This document shows positions 52,301 through 64,000 of a stretch of DNA of 64,000 nucleotides, in pieces (position 1 is the first letter of the stretch; each line of letters starts with the position of its first letter). The notes beneath the pieces were generated by a model that saw only the letters and a list, made by a program, of their open reading frames with translations, had not been told where the DNA came from and made no database searches. The stretch is from Trichoplax sp. H2 (lineage: Eukaryota). The stretch is taken from contig NOWV01000100.1 in NCBI GenBank assembly GCA_003344405.1, forward strand, positions 186,001 to 250,000. The letters are read 5' to 3'. A program made the translations under genes and the position numbers.

Positions 52301-53649
52301 CTTTTTATTAGATCAGTTTCTATATTAAAACGCTTTAGTAATTATCTAATTAATAATTTGTAACAGTTGTTGTACAGAAATGTTTTAATCGATCTATGTA
52401 AATTTGTAGGCGCAACTAGTCGTCAATGATTATTTAGAACGTCAAAATGATATTACAGAGCAAATGAGAATGATACTTATTGACTGGCTTTGTGAAGTAC
52501 AACAAAATTTCGAGTTATTTCACGAAACATTATATCTAGCTGTTAAAATTGTCGACCGATTTCTATCAGCTCGTGTCGTCTCAAGAGACGCTCTACAGCT
52601 TATAGGAGCTACGGCTATGCTGATGTCATCTAAAATTGAAGTAAGCCTACTCTACCATATATTTGCTTGTCATTTTCAAATTGTATTACAGTATTATTTC
52701 TTCATTTTTTTTGCTGAAGATTGATTACTTATAAACTCTAAATAATTATAGGAAAGATATCCGCCATTAGTGGATGATTTTGTATATATTTGCGATGACG
52801 CCTATAGTCGACAGGCTGTTTTGGACATGGAAAGAGATATTTGCTACGCTTTAGATTTTGATTTAAATATTCCTATACCTTATAGATTTTTAAGAAGATA
52901 CGGAAAGGTTAGAAATTTCTATATAGTGAAAGCACTGTACTTTCTTGTGTCATTGTAATAGCGCTATTACTCATACATCATCCTCATCAGTATATCAAAG
53001 TTTGCACCAGATCTAAGAATTTGATCACCATCTGTCAATAGGTAGCATCCCTCAGCATGGAAAATTTAACGTTAGCTCGATATATATTAGAGCTAACTTT
53101 ACAAGAATATCAATTTGTAACTTTTAAACCATCTATGTTGGCAGCTGGATGCCTATGTCTCGCTTTGAAAATGAAAAATTGCGGTGAATGGGTATGTATT
53201 TGCCAACATGAACTAAAATACCTTTACAATACTTAATAATTCTGGAAGTGGAATATTATGTTTAGCGTCATATACAGCATATCTAGCATATGATAGAATG
53301 ATATCATGCAATTATGGAAGTAGTTGGAATATTTTGGTATAGTATTAATTTTTTATCTTATCAGACTCAAACTCTAGTTCATTATTCTGGATATGAAGAA
53401 TCTGAACTAAATGAATTAGTACAGAAATTAAACGCTATGATAGCTAAACCGGCACCAGAAAATTGCAAAGTTGTAAAGACAAAATATTCTCACACGTAAG
53501 GAAATAGATAGCGTTTAAATACATATTTCAAGTAGAAATAAATACTAAATATCATCAGTTGTAATTAATTTTTTCGTTTATTAATTGCTTTTAGGGTCTT
53601 TTATCAAGTTGCTAATATAGCACCCTTACAACTTGAAACGGATGTATGA
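49391..53649 (+). CDS. CCNB3: G2/mitotic-specific cyclin B3, about 9 exons; start codon uncertain
   Basis: D-box KKRAVLEDLTN; cyclin box MRMILIDWLCEVQQNFELFHETLYLAVKIVDRFL (B3-type HETLYLAVK); ERYPPLVDDFVYICDDAY; IPIPYRFLRRYGK; KTKYSH..FYQVA; stop TGA 53647-53649. Confidence 0.93.
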
Positions 53650-56451
53650 AAATATCGACAAATTATGTCTTCTATTCTTTGATTCTATCCTGATTATAGA
53701 ATAGACGTCATAAGTTCTTATAGTGTGTTTATCGTCTGACTGATATCAGCTCTTTTAATTTATGCCATTAAAGGGCGATGTCTTGATTGTCATATGCCCT
53801 AAATGATATTGATACTTTCTATCTGGTTCATTTGTTTTACACAATTGAGCCTACTCAACGCGTGGAGAAGTCTCCATGTTTCAAATTATACATTATGTTA
53901 TAGAAACACATCACTTTATTATTTTGCATCTATTACATATGATTCTCATATACTACTATCACAATTATATAAACAATTTTCTTTACGCACCAACGTTCTA
54001 CTACCTTTCACCATAAGAAGATAATGTACAATTTATTGACACGTTCACCAAATAATTTTGCAATCTATATATTTCTTTCCATTGATTGAGCTACTGAAAT
54101 ACTACAGCTTTGCTTTTCTGAAGTACATATATATTAGCAAATACCTACTGCTATGTTTTGATTGGTTTTATAGATCATTTTCTGAATATTTTATTCGATT
54201 GTAAAGCATATTATTCTTTCTAAATAGCATTAATGCAAATCTATGCCAGGGAATAGATATAGTAAATCTTTTAGATATCCCTATACTTAGAATACGCATT
54301 TAAATATTTAAACAGTGTTAAGGTCACGTTATGTTATGACTTTTTCAATAATATCATGGCCTAATACTAGAACAGCTCTTTGCCCTAGCTCTGTGTATAC
54401 AACCATCGTACATGTACATAGCGATACGTTAGCGCAAATTCCTAGTACCGCTCTAATCTGAAATGTTATCTTCACTATATAATACACATTTTCTACAGTC
54501 CTCAAGTTGCAGCTCAATTTTGGATGTGCTGTGAAATGCATCATCAATTTTTTTGGAGCACTTAATAAAATGATTGATGGTAAAATAAAATTTAGTGTAT
54601 AAATCGTGTAAAAGTAATGCATAATGATTTATATGTGAATGAAATGAAGCTTAATTAATGAGATTAACGTTACTTGAGTTAACAATCCTATTTAATTACG
54701 CTGTTATTTTATTAATGTCATTTGAGCATAATAATTATTGATGCAGCAATATTAAAATGCTGCTAACCGAGGAATAATCGCAGCTCTACACGAATTGATT
54801 CTAAACGTTGAAATTCTGTATTCACGTAACGAGGCGTAGAACATCACCTTATTATCATGATTAGAGGAATGTACCTTTCAATGTAAATATCAGGTGAAGA
54901 TTAACTCTCTCAATGACAACCCATCAATAAATATGATAAAAGACCAGTTGATTATTATTTTGTTAAACATAGTTTACTACTACAGGGCGAATTGAAGATC
55001 TCCACAGCCTATCATTGTTAAAGTTGAATTAAATTTACTTCCTCTTGTTGCTATTAAAACTAGTGTACTGATTTCTAGCTTCTAAGTGTCCCAAATCAAC
55101 TAGACGTTTATGATACGGTGAATATTAATTAGAGTAATATTATCATGCTAGAGCATTTATTAGATATGTTTTTGCGCATCGAATAGATTGATACGTGGAT
55201 ACATTTGAGCCTGTCAATTTTTTAGCAACTCGATTTCATATCATGTATCAGGTAATGCTTTAAATTAACTCTTCATCGAATAATCTCAACAGGAAGGAAC
55301 GAACACTCTCAATTTTCGAAGAGGCGTTGGCAGTTGTATACTCGACAATAAGTGCTAATAAATCTAATACACAACATGCATATGTAAGTTGAGACAACGT
55401 GCTAAGTTATAGCAACCTCTTGTCGTAATTTTCACAATTTTAAGCCTAACACGGAGTTTATGGCATAAAGATCCTTTCCTTCTAAATATATTCATACTCC
55501 ACGGTAACATTCTCCAGAAAACATTATTCGGTGTTATTATTTTCAGTTTCGTTCCACATCCAGCACAACTGTATGGACTTTATGATGAAGAAAACATTCG
55601 AATTATTGCTATGTCTATATTCCTTTATACCAAGAAAATAACTTTGACAATCCAGAGTCAACAATTTTCTTCGAAATCAATAGATTGTTATTTTAACTCA
55701 TGCTATTGATTGATAATATTTGTAGCTTGGATAATTTCAAATTTTCAATACTAATCTTGACATTTGAGTACTTGTAATTAATCGGCCGACGAATAACTAA
55801 TTCAACATGAAGTTATTATTGATCTAATCGATCAAGATAAGCAAACAACAACCAGAGAATAAACAAAACAATCCATCATCAACTAATGACGAACGGTAGT
55901 TAAAAATCCGCCATAGAATCCCACATTAATTTAGATTGCTCTATTATAACTCATCTTGAGAATAATAAAAAATTCTAAAGTTAAAAATGAATAATCTAAT
56001 TTACTTCCTTACTCGCTAATCGTGGTGATAAAAGTAGAAAGGGTCTTCATGTGGATACTGACTCTTTGAATATAAAAAATATCTGAAAATCCCTTCATTC
56101 CATTTGGGTTGTATTTATTCAGAGGTTAGAGCCATATCCTTACTGAAGGTTAATAACAATCATCAGTCGAAAATATTTACCCTATCAAAGCAACAATTTC
56201 AACGTAGTTTATAGAGATGGCAGGAAAACAAGTTGATTATTCTTATATTTGGCAGAAACAGTGATGACTATAATTAGAGCGTAACAAAACTGGATGACGA
56301 AAGTTTCTGTAATATGAGCACAGTCGGTAGTAAATCTATTCGATGAACGGCTAGAAATTGTCAACAGATAAGCTATCTTGCCCTATCTGGATACCAACTT
56401 TAGATACAATTCTACCATCAACTTACTCACAAACAATAACAGTTGCTACAC

Positions 56452-56654
56452 TATAAATTGGGTTCCTTTTCCATGAAAATTTATTCCATTGCTACGATTA
56501 CACGAAAACGTGAAGTTCCAAGCTATACTACGAAGGAAATTTAATTGCTTTACGACATATCTATTCTAGAAGGAAAGGTAACGGATAGAAGTCCTCTGAA
56601 TTTAAAGATTATGATAAAGACTCACTTTCTTATTTTATCCGTACGTTGATTTAG
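56452..56654 (+). promoter_or_regulatory. TATA box, non-coding first exon and 5'UTR intron (56578-56654) of the insulin-like gene
   Basis: TATAAA 56452-56457; donor AAG|GTAACG at 56578; acceptor GATTTAG| immediately before ATG 56655. Confidence 0.6.
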
Positions 56655-57531
56655 ATGAAAGCGTTTACTCTTTTTGCCGTATCTTTGACCGTATTTCTTC
56701 TGGTAAATATTACTACCACATCAGCATGCATTGGTGGAATTCCCAAGGAGCAATTATGTGTTCCAGCAGCTTTCGATTGGCTTATCGATAATTGTCCAAC
56801 TAGAAGTGTTCGATGTAAGTTTTTCATCCTACATCTTATCCTTTGAAAGATAGAAGTAATTTAAAAGCTTTAAATCGCTGACTACTGAAGACCGTTAGAC
56901 AATTAGATAAATCTTCAGGAAATAGCAATATGTGCACTGTAATGTAAACAGATCTTTTAAAGCTTCGTATTCATTATTACGAATCATAATTAAATCGAGC
57001 TATTTGAAGTATAAATACTTGTAATTTATAATTTTTCATCATATTATTAATTACTCTAAGTTTTAAATATCAGTTGTTTAGAAATAGACATGCATAAGAG
57101 TAAGGATTTGAAACCTAATACTACTAGCCGCAATATTTGTAAAGTAGTTTGCCAGAATAGGACTGTTTCATTTAATAAAATAACTTCAAATTCTCTTCTT
57201 GATTACTAAAATTATACAATTCTAACCCAAAACTTAGTCGTAAGTCGAAGTTGCAATATTTGTGAAGTAGTTAGATAGAATAGAAGTTTCTTTTCAAATT
57301 CTCCTTTTGACTACTGAAATGATACAATTCTTACTAAGCGCTAGTTGATAAAGTCGAAATGACGCCAAAGAATAATGATCAAACAATTCAAGAAGTTTTT
57401 CATCTTTTCAATTAGGGGATCGTTTCCATCATTATCATGCTGCTCGACATTCGGTATATCTGCGCAATTTGCATAATGAATGCTGCACTCCCGAAGGATG
57501 TTGTCCTGAATACGCAATGCAATATTGTTGA
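56655..57531 (+). CDS. Insulin-like peptide precursor, 91 aa. Exons 56655-56814 and 57416-57531
   Basis: Spliced product MKAFTLFAVSLTVFLLVNITTTSA CIGGIPKEQLCVPAAFDWLIDNC PTRSVRWDRFHHYHAARHSVYLR NLHNECCTPEGCCPEYAMQYC*: signal peptide, B-chain C-x11-C, A-chain CC-x4-C-x8-C-stop, phase-1 intron in the connecting peptide. Confidence 0.9.
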
Positions 57532-60129
57532 AGGATTTCTATAATCGCCATCGTATAGATTTAATAATTTAATAAGTAATTATGACAACAATTAAGATGA
57601 TTTAAATTAGATGCTAACCAACACCAATAGAAGAATGGTTTAGCAACTGGATCATTTTTGGTTTGCTTACAAAATGGATCGATCATAAATTAACTCTGTA
57701 GTACAGTAAATATAGACGAATTAGAATTGGCTATCTATCATATTTCAATTATTAGACATTTTGGTGAGGATAAATAAATGCAGTTTAACAGCTGACCTGA
57801 AATTATTATTGCTTTGATATTTGGTGCTTGTCTAACCGATGTGCAGCAGAAGAGTTTTAGATTGCCGTTCAATTTTTGTCATTAATATACAAAGTAACAG
57901 TATGTGAATTATAAGTGTACTCGTAGTATTATACTTACTGATCTGAATACGATTTTGTGGCGTAGTGCCTATACCGATCAATTTTTAGAGGTGATAGTTT
58001 TCAAAGCATGAAATGAAACACAGAACGCTAATATCGTCTTAGTAGAAAAGCAGTATTTAGTTTAAGCGCTATTTTATACTACCTATTCCATTTCCATTTC
58101 TGTTTCCACATTTGAGTATATCTAATAGGCTGATATTTATAACTTTTAATCAATGGAAATCAAACCCATGCATTGGCATTTCCATAATTAAAATAGTCTT
58201 ATTCAATGTGATTGATAGCTTACGCGGTAGAAAGGTACAATAGAAGTATTATCAGTTAAGTTAAAGAACGCATGGTGAAAAGTCCCCATTGAAGATATTA
58301 ACAGATTGAGTATCAAACAGTTTTAATCTAAAGGCGATTTCTTTTCATAATTCTTTCTGTCAACAGTCTCTGTAATGGTAATTCAGACATTTCCTATAAA
58401 AATTAATATCAAGAATTTCTCGTCGAGAAACGATAATATTAAAAATTGCACAAATGAAATGCTCTAAAAGCTAGTAAAAATTGCAGATTCAACACTCCAA
58501 AAGTATATGAACTATAATTATCTCATTGGTTAGATTATATTATATAAACATGTCAGCATTATGCAGTAATTGATTTAATATAATTAATTAATAATGATAT
58601 GGTATATGACTTTGAAGTCGCAATATCAACTAGCTTTTAGGGTATTTTAGATGTACAAGTACTAACACTGTATTTCTTCGATTAGAAATGGTTAATGTCC
58701 ATTTCTTGGATAATACTGTACTAAAGTACTATTCTTCTAGCTGAATGCAAAGTTCTAGATCTGACAATGCTATCAGATACAGTCCTTTCGCCTTTATCTG
58801 AAGTGCGATTTATGTTTTTATTGTTCGATAGATTGGATTACGTATAAAATCGATTATATCAAAGATAATATATTACATGATTGCCAAGAGCTCAAATTAC
58901 AATGCCGATGAACGTAAGAGTATTTTATTGGCAGAACTGTTAGTATTGCAGCTTGTCGATTGCAAATTATTACATCTCAACTTATTAGAAAGCCTTGAGG
59001 TTGCATCTTGCAAGCTCGATGCAGATTCTGTACCATTATAGAGTTAAACTAGAGTAACAACATTGACTATTTTAGAATACTTTGTCAGCAGAATCGCTAT
59101 TACTCGCATTGCCATTTCTCTACTAGAAAAGGCTGATGCCAATTTATTCGAAAAAAATGAGTAGATCTACAAGCCAAAAGTAGGCTCCATATCAAGCACT
59201 GCTAGCTGATACCATACTTTAGCCTTATCTAATGCTTGATTCTTACTATTGTTCAATATGTTAGATTACATTATAAGCTCATTAGCATGATCATGTGGTC
59301 ATCGATTGTACTGCTATTAACAGTCTAGTAGAGGACTGTATAAGCTTCGAATCATAATACTATATAGTGCTGCAGTACTATGACCTTGCTCATAGCATTC
59401 TTATGATAATGATCTGCATACTCCGATCATCTTGAATTAATATAGGTGGATAGTTGGAATTCTCGACATCCATGCTCGTCTTTTAACACCTCAATTAAGA
59501 GCTATCCGCCCTGCTGGTTAGTGTAATCATCACACTAATTTAATGTGACCAACCTCCAACAGAACTCAAGGCCAATGCTATCGTAGTTTACTATCATTCT
59601 TAACGGCTTAATTGACTATTTCGTATGATCAAAGAGCAAAGAAATAGGTGCCATTTTTATTGCAACCCAATTCTTAATTAGACAAGGATTGGTTAAAACT
59701 CTCTATTAGATTGGCGATTCCATAGCATTTAAGCCTTTCCTGATTCTTAAACAGAGTCATCTCGATAATTTGACCTAGTTCTATATTATTCACGAATTAT
59801 TCATTCTCCATTATAATATGATGGCCACTTTTTCATCCAGTCAATCACATAAAGATGATGAGGTAAGTGAATAAAGAATAAGATATTCTATTCTCGAATT
59901 AGTGATCAAGTCCTTTGAACTCATTCCATTAATAAGTAGCTAAGATGCTATGTATACCTTTACACTAAATAGCAAAACAGTTTATGTGGTGCCTATCTTA
60001 AACCGTACGTGATCGTATCTAAATGTCGTCCAACCAAACACCGGTACAGCTAACTTCTTGGCCAAAATGTAGCCAGACCATTAGAGATTGTGACTGTTGC
60101 AAATTATCTACCTTTTTCTATTAAAATGT

Positions 60130-60952
60130 AGTACGGCCAGTATATCATAATAAAGTGAATTTTTAGCTTACCACATATAATATAGTACCGGTTAGCCATA
60201 AAATCGTTAGGTTTGCAAGTATGACTATCGGAAGTACGGCCATTACATCATAATAAACTGAATGTTTAACGTACTACGCATAATATGATACCGCTTCGCC
60301 TTAAAATAACCAAATTTACAAGCATTACTATTTAAAGTACGGCCATTACATCAAGGTAAAATGAATTTTTAACTTATCCTGCATACAGTAGTATGGTGTC
60401 GCTTTGCCTATAAAATCACCAACTTTGCAATTATTATTATTTAAAGAGCGGCCATGACATCATAATAAAAGTGAATTTTTACCTTATTTCGTATAGTATG
60501 GCGTCTCTTAAATCATAAAATCGCCAGGTTTACAAGTACTATTATCGGAAGTAAGGCTATTACATCATAATAAAGTGAATTTTTAACGTGCCACTCATAA
60601 TATGGTGCCGCGTAGCCATAAAATCATCAAGTTTGCAAGTATTATTGAAAGTGCGGCCATTACATCATAATAAAGTGAATTTTTAACTTATTTCGTATAG
60701 TATGGGTCTCTTAAGCCATAAAATCGCCAGGTTTACAAGTACTATTATCGAAAGTAAGGCTACTACATCATAATAAAGTGAATTTTTAACGTACCACGCA
60801 TAATATGGTGCCGCTTAGCCATAAAATCATCAAGTTTGCAAGCATCATTATTGAAAGTGTGGCCGGCCATTACATCATAGTAAAGTGAATTTTAACTTAT
60901 AACGTATAATTTGGTACCGTTTAGCCATGAAATCACTAAATTCATGAGTATT
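60130..60952. repeat. Tandem array of 8 units of 100-109 bp
   Basis: Core TACATCATAATAAAGTGAATTTTTA (or close variant) at 60141, 60244, 60347, 60456, 60561, 60661, 60764 and 60871. Confidence 0.93.
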
Positions 60953-61338
60953 AATATTGTCAAACTACAACTGTCGAATTGATAATATCTTGTAATTATG
61001 AGTAACGGCAAACCTTATTTAATTATGTGATAACGATCGATAATTGATTATCAAAGTCCATAAAAAAAGTCAATAGATAATTAAGTCCTGTTGATTACAG
61101 TGCTTAAAGATAAAAATAATTTAAAAACAACTACCGCACGGATTCATTCTTCTTTCGGGTATTATGGAGTTCAATACTATAATCATATACTGTAGTAAGT
61201 ATTTAATTAAAGATGTTAATGTGCCTGATCGTAAATCTATGCTGTGAAATAATCTTGCCTACTATTCCGTATTATGGACAAGCTATTTAAGCCATGTCAT
61301 TCTACAATAAATTTTTGTCTTTTATCAGTTTACTTGCG

Positions 61339-63731
61339 ATGAGTAAACCAATTCAGAAAGAACTTAAAATTCATATCCATGACAGTAACAATAGAGCAAG
61401 GAATTGACTAGCAAACTCTTGTAATTACAACTATAATTATTTATATTTGTTATAGGAACACGAAGATCAAATTCAAATAACAAGTCGTCAATCATCGAGT
61501 ACTTCTCGAAATGCTTTTATTACTAATGAATATGACGACATTATGAATGGAAATAGCCTCGATAACGATGAGACGGTTAGCAATAGATGGTGTCTCCATT
61601 TACCTTGTTATGATTTTAATATATAAAATTTAAAATCGAAACACTTTATTGATTGCAATAGCTTACTCTTGTCCGGTAGTAATTAATGTTGTGCAGTGTA
61701 TATTAGTAATAATTCTACAAGATAATCATTATGCTCATATTTAACCCCACCTATACGGTACTAAGACTTTATTGATTATTAGGTAATAGTCTCGCATAAT
61801 AGTGCATCAGGATATATTGGTGGATATCCTACATCCATTGCTTTAGATCGTTGCAAGCGGCATGTACTAGCGCCTTATCTGAGGTTTATTTCTTTTGTAA
61901 GTTAGACACTATTTTAAACAATAATAATCCAACCTCAGCCAAAAAGAAGAAATATCGCAGCATGACTGAAACTGCATTCTTCAATATTGTACTCAATAAC
62001 CAGTTTAATTTGGGAGACTGTTAACTTTCTCAATCATTATTGAAATGTACTTTATTGCAGTTGGGCTGGTTGCCAATATTTCGAGTTGGCCCATCTAATC
62101 AATCTTTTTGCGAAAGCGCCATCAATTTCGTCTATCCTGTGCTGGTCATCTGTTTTATATTTGGGGCTTACACGATTCAGTGTTTTACCTGCTTTCGCCG
62201 AGACACGGTATATCCAAATTACAAGCTGCTGCCACAATAAAATGTCCTAGTTACAGCTATAAAAGCAACTTTAGTACTCATTCCTAAAATAATCGATACA
62301 GTGAGGTTCTATCTGCTATAAAATTATGCAACCAGTAATCATTATAAATCCTAGACAGTAACATCTAATTCAGTTTTATTGGTGATGATCAATCATTTAG
62401 TTCTAGCAAAATAGTCTGATCATCGTTGTAAATAGAGTAATTTCTTCTATTACTTGAACACGTCTTCTAGGATTAATTTAATAGTGTTAGTAATTCCCTT
62501 TTTAGTTTATTCAATTTAACATATTCTATCTCCTCCTTTATTGCAGCCCTTCATTAAAACTATCAATGGAAGCGTCCACTGTTCTGATAGTATCATTTCG
62601 CAATATATTATCCCAGATATATTGCATTCTGTTGCCTACTTTTATTGCTTTTACTTATATCGATTTGCTGGATCTGAACATTTACAGACAAATATGCAAA
62701 GGGTAAGCCATTTTACAATGAAATAAGGTGTAACTGCTACAGCATCATGCATGTCTAATATCGCCATAGTAGAAATGATTAAAGCGTGAAATATTACTTA
62801 CCTGTAGACGTTCCTGCAAGCAAGGCCCACGGATTTCGGAGAAAATTCGCAAAAAAAATTAATCAGAATATTAAGGTTTAATATACATATTGCTCCAAGT
62901 TTCGTATAGCTTCTTTCATCTTAATTTTGTGTATTGTTATATCTAAAAAAGTAATTCTTTTGGAGCTAATATATTGACTACTACTATACGATAGTATGTA
63001 TTAGGATTCGTAAAACGAAGAGGAGAAATAATTTTTTATAAATTTAGGACCATCTTTTCCTGTGAAATTACTATTTGTAGCCGCATCCTTCTTATACGAT
63101 TTCATTGCTTATTTTTGGCATAAATTTAGAGTTTTCCTTTACTCCGGAATTGCCATCGTAGGTGCATCTTTCTTAATCCAACTTTTCCACTTAATTATCA
63201 GAATTAATCGTGATCAAGGATTAGCTCTGTTATGGCATCCAATGATCAAGTAAGCTTTAACTGTGTTATACTAGAATAGTTAACTTTTAAACTAAAATTT
63301 CGTTAACTTTAGTTTGAAGAATCTTGATTCTATATCTCGTATGCGGTATGGATATTCATAGTTTTCAAGATCTATTGTAAATTTGAAATCATAACTATTT
63401 ATGCTATTTTTAATAATTTAAATTTTTTGTAAGTACGAGAAAATTAAATGAATTTTACACTGTAATAAACAAGTACTCCTTTCTCCCCTTCTATGCGAAT
63501 CCTTGCCTTTTTCTCCAAATTAAACTTTGTGCGAAAATTCATTCAAGAATACACGATTCTCGACTTATTGTCTTGGGATTCTTTCTGTTAGCTGGTTTTA
63601 TAATGCTTGATAGCGTTTATATAGCGCTAGTTATTAATTATGCAAGCCATTGCCAACTCTTAATAGTTTATATAAGAGGATTAAAGCAAAAGATCATAGA
63701 ACGGACGTGTAATTTAGAAAACGCTATGAAG
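61339..63731 (+). CDS. 5' portion of a multi-pass membrane protein, probably gustatory receptor-like (GrlHz / 7TM ion channel superfamily); continues beyond the window
   Basis: In-phase GT-AG exons (61456-61575, 61783-61896, 62061-62207, 62547-62702, ~62808-62875, ~63130-63249, ~63548-63731) give LDRCKRHVLAPYLRFISF|LGWLP..NFVYPVLV..TCFRRD|..C..IISQYIIPDILHSVAY..EHLQTNMQR|TFLQ..SQKKLIRILR|..DSVYIALVINYASHCQLLIVYIRGL..LENAMK. About 4 TM helices are visible, with no signal peptide. The first exon and start are uncertain, and the family call is from motif recall. Confidence 0.7.
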
Positions 63732-64000
63732 GTTAGTCATTACTGTATGGTATTACCATATTATTCCCTTTCGCTCTTTGATGATCGTAAATCATACGTA
63801 GATATAAAATTTAGAATTTCAATTAAACACGTATCAGAATAATTCTTTCCATACCTTTTTTACTAAAGTAAAAGAAATTGATCCCGGTCAAGCTAATTTA
63901 GAAATTACAGTAGCACACGAATATACAGTATATGCTGTTGTAAATAATAGTAAAAATTATTTTTTAATTATAATTACTTACTAGTAGATAGTGTTGCTTA

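Overview
AT-rich (roughly one-third GC) animal genomic DNA with short spliceosomal introns. Gene content and style are most consistent with a placozoan such as Trichoplax (inference, not proven). From left to right: about 8 kb with no supportable gene; a 3-exon, probably secreted protein with a clan CD (legumain/C13-like) domain whose catalytic His/Cys appear replaced (8875-10839 +); a gene-free, repeat-dense block (~15-26.7 kb) with several tandem arrays and a 20-N gap; an intronless class A GPCR (27107-28204 -); URB2 (29633-38737 -); two box C/D RNA domains that match SCARNA9/mgU2-19/30 and predict U2 snRNA Gm19 and Am30 methylation (39654-40091 -); IQCG/DRC9 with an upstream RFX X-box (41749-44378 +); RPL35A with a 5'TOP non-coding exon (45623-46818 -); cyclin B3 with a CCAAT/CHR promoter (49391-53649 +); an 8-cysteine insulin-like peptide gene with vertebrate-like exon layout (56655-57531 +); a ~103-bp tandem array; and the 5' part of a multi-pass membrane protein resembling the gustatory-receptor-like GrlHz family (61339 to the window end). 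The most notable items not resolved by the ORF track are the split SCARNA9-like guide RNA and the spliced insulin-like peptide.
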